DNA of 62,095 nucleotides from contig CANQOI010000004.1 of the NCBI GenBank assembly GCA_947625435.1, forward strand, positions 1 through 62,095, in the 5' to 3' direction. The translations under genes and the position numbers were made by a program. A model generated the notes under the pieces. The model was not told the DNA's origin, did not search any database, and saw nothing but the letters and a program-made list of their open reading frames with translations. This DNA comes from an uncultured Clostridia bacterium (GTDB lineage Bacteria > Bacillota > Clostridia > UBA1212 > UBA1255). This document shows, in pieces, positions 54,301-62,095 of this stretch (its first letter is position 1; the number at the start of each line of letters is the position of its first letter).

Positions 54301-56469
54301 ATGGATACAGACAAGCTTAAATTCAATAACGGCTTCGGCGGCTTCGACCCCGATAACAATGAATATGTTATTTTTGCGGACACGCCGCTTCCGTGGATAA
54401 ACTGCATTTCGCAGAGCGATATTTCACAGAAAGCGTGCGAGCCCTTCGGCTTCATTATATCCGAAAAGGGCGGAGGCTACGTGTGGTCGGGCAACAGCAG
54501 AGAGGGGCAGCTCACGAAGTGGTACTGCGATCCCGCGGGCGACCCTTCCGACGAAAAGATCGTCATATACTGCGGAGGCGTTTCGTTTTCTCCCTTTGAA
54601 AGGTGCACTGCGCGCCACGGCTTCGGTTATTCACATTTTACCGGTGAAATGAGCGGTGTGTCGTGGGAGCTTTCCGTATTCGTACCCTTGGGAAAGCCTG
54701 TCAAGGTCACACTCTTGTCAGTCAGTGTGAACGCAGATTCGGAGGTGGCGGTCAGGTACAGCGCCGATTCAGTGTACGAGAATCGCATTTATTCATCGAC
54801 TGACGGTGAAATGCAGAGGGTGAAGGCGGGTGATAAGATAGATTTTGTATTCCTGCTGTCAAAAAGCGATGCGTATTTTGAAGAATTGCGGGATCACCAT
54901 ACATGCGCCTGCGAGCTCGGGCGCGTAAAAGAGCATTGGAGGGAGCGCCTCGGCAGGATAAAGATAAAGACTCCCGACGAGAGCCTTAACGTGATCATGA
55001 ACGGGTGGCTCATGTACCAGACGATAAGCTGCCGCATGGACGGGCGCACGGCATTTTACCAGTGCGGGGGAGCCTACGGCTTCCGGGATCAGCTTCAGGA
55101 TTCGCTGGCGCTCCTTTACACGGAGCCGGAAAAGACCCGCTCGTGCATACTTCTGCACGCCTCGCGCCAGTACGAGGAGGGGGACGTGCAGCACTGGTGG
55201 CATCCTCCCGAGAATGCGGGGCTCCGCAGCCGTTACAGCGACGACCTTCTGTGGCTCGTATATGTCACGGGAAAATATATCGATGTAACGGGCGATACGG
55301 ACATACTTTCGGAAAAAGTGCCGTATTTAAAGAGCCGCGTGCTTGACGCTTCCGAGACGGACAGATACGAGAATGCGGAAGTGAGCGAGCGCAGCGACAC
55401 GCTCTTTGCCCACTGTCTGCTTGCCTGCAGACATGCCATGAGATACGGTGCTCACGGTCTTCCCCTCATAAAAGGCGGCGACTGGAACGACGGCATGAAC
55501 CGGGTGGGCATAAAGGGCGCAGGCGAGAGCGTGTGGCTTGCGTGGTTTTTGTGCGCATGCATACGTTATATATGTAAAATGTCGCGCCTTTCCGATGCGG
55601 GGCGCGTGCTTGAGGACAGGCGCGCCATGCTGGCGGAGGCGGACAGGATAGCGGGATGCATAGAAAAATACGCCTGGGACGGAGCCTGGTATGTGCGCGC
55701 GTTCTGCGACAGCGGCAGGATACTGGGGACATCCTCCGCAAATGAATGCAGGATAGATTCGATAGCGCAGTCCTGGGCGGTGCTGAGCGATTACGGAAAC
55801 GCGGAGCGCGCGGGCAAGGCCCTGCTCTCGGCGGAGAGGTACCTCGTTGACCGTGAAAACGGCACAGTCAGGCTGCTCACGCCGCCTTTTACGGAAAATT
55901 CCACGGAGGATGTGGGCTATATCGCCTCTTACCCTCCGGGCGTACGCGAAAACGGGGCGCAGTATACCCATGCGGCGGTGTGGCTGGCAAAGGCTTTTCT
56001 GAATTACGGCGGGCTCTCGGGCACGGATGCGGAGGATTTTGCCGAAAAGGGCAGGAGGATATTGGATATGCTGAATCCCGTGAACCATGCCCGGACGCAG
56101 CTTGAAGCGGCAAGATACAAGACTGAGCCGTATGCGGTGGCGGCCGATATCTACAGCGGCGATAAGAGCGGCCGCGGAGGCTGGAGCTGGTACACGGGCT
56201 CCGCCGCCTGGCTGTATACGACGGTGCTCGAGGATATGCTCGGCTTCTGCGTGAGATATTCATATGAAAATAAGCGCGCGGAGCTCATTTCGGAGCCGCG
56301 GGTACCCCGGTCGTGGCACGGATACAGCATAGAATACAGGTACGGGTCATCGGTATACGTTCTTACATTCAGAAAAGGAAGCGGCGGCACGCGCGAAGGC
56401 ACGCGCGCAGGCCGCGTCATACCGCTCGAAGATGACGGAAAAAGGCACGATATATCGGTAGTCATATGA
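54301..56469 (+). CDS. GH94 glycoside phosphorylase module (C-terminal part of a cyclic beta-1,2-glucan synthase)
   Basis: LKFNNGFGGFDPDNNEYVI, PWINCIS, GYVWSGNSREGQLTKW, FRDQLQD, VQHWWHP, GGDWNDGMN and GAQYTHAAVW are GH94-type motifs. It is in the same reading frame as the upstream ORF. Confidence 0.8.
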   Translation: MDTDKLKFNNGFGGFDPDNNEYVIFADTPLPWINCISQSDISQKACEPFGFIISEKGGGYVWSGNSREGQLTKWYCDPAGDPSDEKIVIYCGGVSFSPFERCTARHGFGYSHFTGEMSGVSWELSVFVPLGKPVKVTLLSVSVNADSEVAVRYSADSVYENRIYSSTDGEMQRVKAGDKIDFVFLLSKSDAYFEELRDHHTCACELGRVKEHWRERLGRIKIKTPDESLNVIMNGWLMYQTISCRMDGRTAFYQCGGAYGFRDQLQDSLALLYTEPEKTRSCILLHASRQYEEGDVQHWWHPPENAGLRSRYSDDLLWLVYVTGKYIDVTGDTDILSEKVPYLKSRVLDASETDRYENAEVSERSDTLFAHCLLACRHAMRYGAHGLPLIKGGDWNDGMNRVGIKGAGESVWLAWFLCACIRYICKMSRLSDAGRVLEDRRAMLAEADRIAGCIEKYAWDGAWYVRAFCDSGRILGTSSANECRIDSIAQSWAVLSDYGNAERAGKALLSAERYLVDRENGTVRLLTPPFTENSTEDVGYIASYPPGVRENGAQYTHAAVWLAKAFLNYGGLSGTDAEDFAEKGRRILDMLNPVNHARTQLEAARYKTEPYAVAADIYSGDKSGRGGWSWYTGSAAWLYTTVLEDMLGFCVRYSYENKRAELISEPRVPRSWHGYSIEYRYGSSVYVLTFRKGSGGTREGTRAGRVIPLEDDGKRHDISVVI

Positions 56470-56481
56470 CAAATTATTAAA

Positions 56482-56510
56482 TTGACAACGATGTTATCAT
56501 AATGTAATAT
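56482..56510 (+). promoter_or_regulatory. Sigma-A promoter of the downstream envelope cluster
   Basis: TTGACA - 17 nt - TAATAT. Confidence 0.55.
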
Positions 56511-56544
56511 GACAACAACAAATTTTACAGGTGGTGTAATATAG

Positions 56545-59508
56545 ATGCACTTTAAAAAATCATCATTTTCGGTGCGCACGGCATTGCTCGTATTGGCCTG
56601 CGCATGCTGCCTCTCATCTGCATCGTGCAGCGGCGGCAAGGAAAACGGAGAAGGAGATGACGTTATAGTGAATTTCAACATAAACGGCTCACAGCCCGGG
56701 AATTACCCCGTAAACAGTGACAGTCCTCTTTCGGCGTCCTTTGCGTATGCGAACGGTATAGCAAACGCAGTGCAGGGATTTTACACGGACGGGACGAGAT
56801 CATATTATGCCCTTAAGAACATAAACACTAGCCTCGTGCACAGGATAAGCGGCTACGGCGGCTTCAATGTAACGGAGATAGCAAATGCCGACGGCACGCC
56901 GTATGCGAACAATTCTCTGGACGTATATGTGAAGATGAAGGACGGCGCGGTGAATTACGCGGGAAATTCGAGCACATCCGGCAGGGTCAACGGAACGAGA
57001 CTGGGATATTATTATTATGAAACGCATATAAGGGATCTCATGTTCGCATACGCGACCAAAGAAGGAGATTACATAGAAGAAACGACCGTAGATACGACAA
57101 AGGAATGGCACGTGCACGATATGACGGGGCCCGTATACAAAGACGGCGTTATGACAGTATCGTCGTCATTTTCGGAGGATCCGTACGTATACACGAACTT
57201 CGTCAATGTGCCGGGGGACAGATATAACGCGATTGAAATTGAAATGAGCATAGAAGGTACCGCAAATTCGGGCCAGCTGTTTTTCTGCTCATCTGAATCG
57301 GGAGGATTTTCCGGTAACCGGTTTGGCTCTTTCCCCATGAATCCCGACGGCAAGATGCACAAATATCTGATAGATCTCACTACATGCGGCTACGACGGCT
57401 ATGATCTTACGGGAGTGCGCCTCGATCTGGGCGATTCCGGCGAGAACACGTTCCATATAAAGTCCGTAAAGGCGGTCAAGATAAAAACGAGCAGCGTAGG
57501 CTACAAGCTTGACAAGACATTTCACATGTACTCGGACAAGCTCCATCAGGAGTACAGGCTCGTAAAGATGGAGAACCTGCCGGAGGGATCGTATGAATAT
57601 TCCGAGTTCGGAGTGGAGCTCAAGGTGCCGAAGGATAACGTCTTACAGTATAAAACGGAATATGAGGACGACGGAAAGACTGTGAAATATGCGGCCGTAG
57701 ACGTTAAGGATGCGGGCATCATAGGCTTCATAGCCCCGTATGACAGGGAAAATAATATATCGGTCTCGGAAGAGGGCGGATATATCGTACTGAGACAGAG
57801 CACAGGTCAGGACACATTCGGAAGCCGCCTGTACAATGACAAGACACACGACTATGCGGGCATAGACAAGGCCGCGTTCGAGGAGAGAAATCCCATAACG
57901 GACATATCAGTCGAGAAAACGGTCAGATCCGGCGGAAAATACGTTGAATATGACAGCATGAGGGGCGCGTACGAGTTCACTATGAACGGCACGAACTTCT
58001 CGCAGGCATTTTACAATGAACCCAACGGATATTTTTATTCCGATATTTCAATGAAAAACGACAGCGGCGGCGACAGGAACGTATACATATGGATGAACGG
58101 CAAGGCGGGATGCCTCGAGTGCGCGGCTGTTAAGGACGGAAACGGTAAGATAGTGCCCATACCCACACAGGTGTGCAAGAATTTCCAGGGTGAGATAGAG
58201 GAGCCCTTCTATGACCCCGAGGATAAAGAATACGGAGATACATTTATTCCTCTCAGCATACACAACGGCGAGAAGCTCGATTTTACCATATATAACCTGT
58301 ATCAGAATTGGGGAGTGTTCCCTCTGAAGCAGCTGTCGTCCATACAGTTCCACATTTCGTATTACCATCTGTCTACGGGCGTTACGGAGTCCAACTGCAT
58401 CGCGCCGTACTTTGTTTACGGAAAGGATCTGTGGACGCTGCCGGATTTCAGAGGGTGCAGCGGCATAATGTGGTCGGGACAGCCCCAGTTCAACTCTGTG
58501 GGCAGGCTGCGCTTCGTATCCTACATAAAGGACGGCACTCAGCATATGCCCGAGTATACGGGAAGCGATATCAGATCGTCGGGCACGTCCTACGCCGATC
58601 TTGATTACAGCTACATTTCGGACTGCGGCTCGTATAAATATACGCTGAGACATCTGGAATTCCCTCAGAATGACGAGAACAGGACATATTATTCGCTGCG
58701 GCTCGATTTCCTTAAGGATCTGACGGTGGCGGATGTAAAGAATAATCTCACTCTGTTCAGCTTCGACGGAAGATCGGAGGTGTTCGGTAAAATGAGCTAC
58801 TCCGACGAAAACGGAAAGCACGTCGAGAAAAATGTGATCAAATTCCCCGGAATGAAGGAGATAATAGACATAGGCGGCGAAAACGCATATTTCAGCTACT
58901 ACGGGCTTAATAACGAGCAGACCAACATAACGAACTTCGCATATATAATCAGAAACAGCGACATAACGGTAAATTCAAACCGGTGGAACGGCCATTTCGC
59001 TCTCAGGAATTCATATACTGCCGGACTCAATCTGGCGGAGCTCTCTCTCATGGAGGACGAAATGCAGTTCAAGGCGGGAGACCACATATATATCGATTTC
59101 ATACTTCTTCCCTGGGGCACCGGCACCAGCGACACGGATGAGAATGTTCAGTATGTCATACAGGATTCCGTGATAAATCCGGTAAGGATAGAGGCCGTAA
59201 AGGGAAGCGTCACGGAGGACACGTACCTGCCTGTCATAAAGGCGGAAGGGAACGAGGCCGAATTCACACTGAGCGGAGGGCGCAACAAGATAGCGGTGCG
59301 CATAGACGGCATGACTTCAATAAGCGGCATAACAGTGCGCGATACCACCGGCGGCGGGGATAAAGAGTATGTGATAAGCACGACGGATTATGACGGCTAC
59401 CAGATAATATACAATGAAGACGGCACTTACAGCTATGTGTTCATAGCGGACATGGGTAACGGAGATCCGGCCGCAAACACGCGCACATTCTTTGTAAAGG
59501 CAGCCTGA
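56545..59508 (+). CDS. Large (987 aa) secreted/lipoprotein-like protein of unknown function
   Basis: The signal-like N-terminus RTALLVLACACCLSSASCSGG has several Cys near the cleavage region. I recognise no motif in the remaining ~950 aa. Confidence 0.5.
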   Translation: MHFKKSSFSVRTALLVLACACCLSSASCSGGKENGEGDDVIVNFNINGSQPGNYPVNSDSPLSASFAYANGIANAVQGFYTDGTRSYYALKNINTSLVHRISGYGGFNVTEIANADGTPYANNSLDVYVKMKDGAVNYAGNSSTSGRVNGTRLGYYYYETHIRDLMFAYATKEGDYIEETTVDTTKEWHVHDMTGPVYKDGVMTVSSSFSEDPYVYTNFVNVPGDRYNAIEIEMSIEGTANSGQLFFCSSESGGFSGNRFGSFPMNPDGKMHKYLIDLTTCGYDGYDLTGVRLDLGDSGENTFHIKSVKAVKIKTSSVGYKLDKTFHMYSDKLHQEYRLVKMENLPEGSYEYSEFGVELKVPKDNVLQYKTEYEDDGKTVKYAAVDVKDAGIIGFIAPYDRENNISVSEEGGYIVLRQSTGQDTFGSRLYNDKTHDYAGIDKAAFEERNPITDISVEKTVRSGGKYVEYDSMRGAYEFTMNGTNFSQAFYNEPNGYFYSDISMKNDSGGDRNVYIWMNGKAGCLECAAVKDGNGKIVPIPTQVCKNFQGEIEEPFYDPEDKEYGDTFIPLSIHNGEKLDFTIYNLYQNWGVFPLKQLSSIQFHISYYHLSTGVTESNCIAPYFVYGKDLWTLPDFRGCSGIMWSGQPQFNSVGRLRFVSYIKDGTQHMPEYTGSDIRSSGTSYADLDYSYISDCGSYKYTLRHLEFPQNDENRTYYSLRLDFLKDLTVADVKNNLTLFSFDGRSEVFGKMSYSDENGKHVEKNVIKFPGMKEIIDIGGENAYFSYYGLNNEQTNITNFAYIIRNSDITVNSNRWNGHFALRNSYTAGLNLAELSLMEDEMQFKAGDHIYIDFILLPWGTGTSDTDENVQYVIQDSVINPVRIEAVKGSVTEDTYLPVIKAEGNEAEFTLSGGRNKIAVRIDGMTSISGITVRDTTGGGDKEYVISTTDYDGYQIIYNEDGTYSYVFIADMGNGDPAANTRTFFVKAA

Positions 59509-59521
59509 CAGGGAGCATATC

Positions 59522-60565
59522 ATGAAGGAAATATATAACATTCATCCCGATATGTGTAAAATGTCGGGCAGGAACAGCTTTACGGATAAAGGGCTCGCGC
59601 TTGACTGGTCGTGCGCTTCGCTGGAATTCAGGGCATACTGCAAAGGGCGCGTGACAGGAGCGGTATATGCCGCCGCCTGCGACGCATTTTACGACTGTTT
59701 GTATATGTCCGTATATGCGGACGGCCGACTTTTTGGGCCGAGAGAAAAAAATGCCGTCACCGGCACGGGAGAGCGCGAGTTCGTGCTGGCGGACGGTCTG
59801 CCTGAGGGCGTGCACGATTTCAAGATAATAAGACAGAGCGAATCCGAGACGGGAGAATTCTGCATAAAGAGCATAAGCCTGGACGGATATTTGCTCCCGC
59901 CGCCGGAAAGGAGCGATCTTTACATAGAATTCATAGGAGACTCCATAACGACGGGCACGGGGAATCTTTACACTCCCGAATGCGGCGCGGACATAAACCC
60001 CACTGCGAAATGCTATCAGGACGGAACACGCACATACGCATACCTTGCGGCAAAGAGGCTGGGCGCGGATGTGAGCATCACGGCGCAGCAGGGAATAGGC
60101 ATAATATGCGGCTGGCAGCCCCACACCACGCTGGAAACGTATGAAATGACATGTTATCAGAGGGGAAGATGCGATAAGTGGAATTTCGCGCGCAAGCCGG
60201 ACATAACCGTCATAAATCTCAGCTCGAACGACTTCGACAAGCTGGAAGAGTACGGCAAAACGGAAAATGACCTGAAGGCGGGAGCGGTGAAGCTTTCACG
60301 GATCGTGCGCTCTCATTATCCCGATACTGCCGTTGTGTGGGCATACGGCATGATAGGTCAGCAGATGTGCGGCGTGCTCTCGGATGCGGTAAAGGAGCTG
60401 GGAGGCGAGTCGGAGGGATTTTACTTCCTGAAAATGGAGAGCGATTCTTCGGGAGGCGGCGGTCACCCGGCCCTCGGAGGTCACAGCAGGAACGCGGAAA
60501 GACTGTATGAATTTCTGAAATATGTCATAAAAGAACGGGGTATACGCCCGAAGGAGGACAAATAA
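59522..60565 (+). CDS. SGNH/GDSL hydrolase with N-terminal beta-sandwich (CE2-like carbohydrate esterase)
   Basis: Block I IEFIGDSITTG, an N-terminal ~130-aa jelly-roll-like region, and a late GGHP..GH segment. No signal peptide is seen. Confidence 0.6.
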   Translation: MKEIYNIHPDMCKMSGRNSFTDKGLALDWSCASLEFRAYCKGRVTGAVYAAACDAFYDCLYMSVYADGRLFGPREKNAVTGTGEREFVLADGLPEGVHDFKIIRQSESETGEFCIKSISLDGYLLPPPERSDLYIEFIGDSITTGTGNLYTPECGADINPTAKCYQDGTRTYAYLAAKRLGADVSITAQQGIGIICGWQPHTTLETYEMTCYQRGRCDKWNFARKPDITVINLSSNDFDKLEEYGKTENDLKAGAVKLSRIVRSHYPDTAVVWAYGMIGQQMCGVLSDAVKELGGESEGFYFLKMESDSSGGGGHPALGGHSRNAERLYEFLKYVIKERGIRPKEDK

Positions 60566-60949
60566 ATGCTTGAAACGGGAATAAAAGGAAAGAAAACGAT
60601 AAAGGTAGACGGTACGAATACGGCGGACGCCTTCGGGAGCGGGAACCTGCCGGTATTCGCGACGCCCGCCATGATAGCCATGATGGAATATACGGCGGCA
60701 TCGAGCGTGGCTCCCGGGCTTGCGGAGGGGCAGTCCACGGTGGGAACGCTTGTCAATGTGAAACACTTGGCAGCCACGCCCAAGGGCATGAACGTCACTT
60801 TTGAAACGGAGCTTACGGAGACAGACAGAAGGAGGCTCGTTTTCAGCGTGAAGGCGTACGACGAAAGGGGCCTTATAGGAGAGGGCACCCACGAGCGCTT
60901 TATAGTGGACATAGAAAAATTTATGAGCAAGACATACAGGGATGAGTGA
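60566..60949 (+). CDS. Hotdog-fold thioesterase (FlK-like family)
   Basis: 127 aa, LPVFATPAMIAMMEYTAASSV..GQSTVGTLVNVKHLAATPKGMNV..GTHERFIV. Confidence 0.65.
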   Translation: MLETGIKGKKTIKVDGTNTADAFGSGNLPVFATPAMIAMMEYTAASSVAPGLAEGQSTVGTLVNVKHLAATPKGMNVTFETELTETDRRRLVFSVKAYDERGLIGEGTHERFIVDIEKFMSKTYRDE

Positions 60950-61508
60950 TATAATGATAGATATCGAATACAATATACTTAACGGAATAAGGGACAACCT
61001 GTCATGCGGCGCGCTCGACGTCATCATGAAAGGGATATCGTTCCTCGCTGAGGCGGGCTGGTTCTGGATAGTGCTGGGGCTCGTGCTCACATTTGTGCCC
61101 AAAACGCGTAAAATAGGCGTGACCGTCATGTGCGCGCTGGTCTTAAGCGTGCTGATATGCAATATAACGGTGAAACCCATCGTGCAAAGGATACGGCCCT
61201 TTGATCTGAGAGAGGGAATAGAGCTCATAGTTTCAAGGCCGACGGACTATTCGTTCCCGTCGGGACATTCGTCGGCTTCATTTGCAGCAGCCGCCGCAAT
61301 ATTCGCTCACAAGAAGAAATGGGGTGCGGCGGCGCTCATATTGGCCTGTCTCATAGGCTTTTCGCGCCTGTATCTGTATGTGCATTTTCCCACAGACGTG
61401 CTGGGAGGAGCGGCGCTCGGGTGCATATGCGGCGTATGCGGATACTATATTGTCAAATATGCGTATCCCAAAGCGGAAGCCTTACTGGCGGCGAGAAAAA
61501 GCAAATGA
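60942..61508 (+). CDS. PAP2-family phosphatase (undecaprenyl-diphosphatase BcrC-like)
   Basis: KPIVQRIRP, PSGHS and SRLYLYVHFPTDV, the three PAP2 motifs. An alternative start is ATG 60954. Confidence 0.85.
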   Translation: MSDIMIDIEYNILNGIRDNLSCGALDVIMKGISFLAEAGWFWIVLGLVLTFVPKTRKIGVTVMCALVLSVLICNITVKPIVQRIRPFDLREGIELIVSRPTDYSFPSGHSSASFAAAAAIFAHKKKWGAAALILACLIGFSRLYLYVHFPTDVLGGAALGCICGVCGYYIVKYAYPKAEALLAARKSK

Positions 61509-61999
61509 GAAGCGGGATACGTATGTGCCTGTCATGCGCCGCGGCCGTTTTGTGCCTGTTGTGCCCCTCCTGCTCGGATGACGGTAAGACGTTTTCCAAG
61601 GCGGGCATGAGCATAACTCTTACCGATGATTTTATTGAGAATGATTATTATAACCTCACGGCGCATTATGAAATGGAGGAAGAGGATGTGACCGTATCCG
61701 CCGCGAAGGAGGAGTTCTCCGCTATAAAGGAAGCGGGTGACGACATTTCGTCCAAGGAAGAATACGCCTCGGTCATAATGAAGGACAATGACATAGATAC
61801 CGGGCTGCTTGAGTCTGAGGACGGCCTTACGTATTTTGTTTTTAGGAAAACGCCTTATGATACGGAATATGTTTATTATGCCTTTGTTTTTGAAACGGAG
61901 GACGCTTTCTGGCTGTTCCAGTTCGGCTGCGAGTCGGAGTCCGAGGACGATTACAGGGACAGCTTCATGAAATGGGCCGGCAGCATCAGGTTTGATTAA
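61505..61999 (+). CDS. Small secreted/lipoprotein-like protein, acidic, unknown function
   Basis: MRSGIRMCLSCAAAVLCLLCPSCSDDG.. has a signal-like N-terminus. The ATG overlaps the PAP2 stop (ATGA). The longer track ORF from 61319 overlaps PAP2 out of frame and is rejected. Confidence 0.55.
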   Translation: MRSGIRMCLSCAAAVLCLLCPSCSDDGKTFSKAGMSITLTDDFIENDYYNLTAHYEMEEEDVTVSAAKEEFSAIKEAGDDISSKEEYASVIMKDNDIDTGLLESEDGLTYFVFRKTPYDTEYVYYAFVFETEDAFWLFQFGCESESEDDYRDSFMKWAGSIRFD

Positions 62000-62040
62000 A
62001 GGCGTTTTTGTGCGCGTAAAATGTTAATAAAACCGAAAAA

Positions 62041-62087
62041 GGCGGCGGTGAACACGGGATCATTCCGGGGTTCACCGCCGCCTTTTT
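62041..62087 (+). terminator. Strong bidirectional rho-independent terminator
   Basis: GGCGGCGGTGAAC (62041-62053) pairs with GTTCACCGCCGCC (62070-62082), flanked by AAAAA and TTTTT. Confidence 0.8.
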
Positions 62088-62095
62088 AAACAGTC

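Overview
This 62 kb window comes from a moderately GC-rich, spore-forming Firmicute (Clostridia-like). The core is syntenic housekeeping DNA: the spoIIIAA-AH operon, yicC-remA-gmk-rpoZ-glyQS-ppdK, carB, infC-rpmI-rplT, fba and a PPi-type pfk, and ylxM-ffh-rpsP-KH-rimM-trmD. Two visibly AT-richer accessory blocks interrupt it.

(1) Positions 1-4470 are the decayed, mosaic end of an integrated element or prophage abutting tRNA-Glu(CUC). It holds a CI-like XRE/S24 repressor, a cro-like HTH joined directly to an NlpC/P60 endolysin, DUF3644 and DUF3800 cassettes flanked by short remnants of homologous genes, and a possible serine-recombinase stub.

(2) Positions ~16050-22490 are a defence-type island between the ppdK terminator and a sugar-kinase operon. 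It holds an AAA+ ATPase plus S8 subtilase pair (IetAS-like), a monocistronic HipA-like kinase with an N-terminal extension, an orphan AbiEi with a gutted AbiEii, and a decayed GIY-YIG/DUF4357 gene.

Other items worth a second look:
- a TrmD::cysteine-desulfurase fusion followed by thiI
- a giant cyclic-beta-1,2-glucan-synthase-like gene, split by in-frame TGA codons and lacking a canonical start, followed by an envelope cluster of unknown function
- two secreted proteins sharing a (G-N/D/S-T)n repeat and an NTAD + TM + basic C-terminal tail
- a peptidase-S11 homologue whose three active-site motifs look degenerate
- an unannotated 45-codon Cys-rich membrane ORF

All calls come from reading the sequence and ORF translations by eye; no database search was run.
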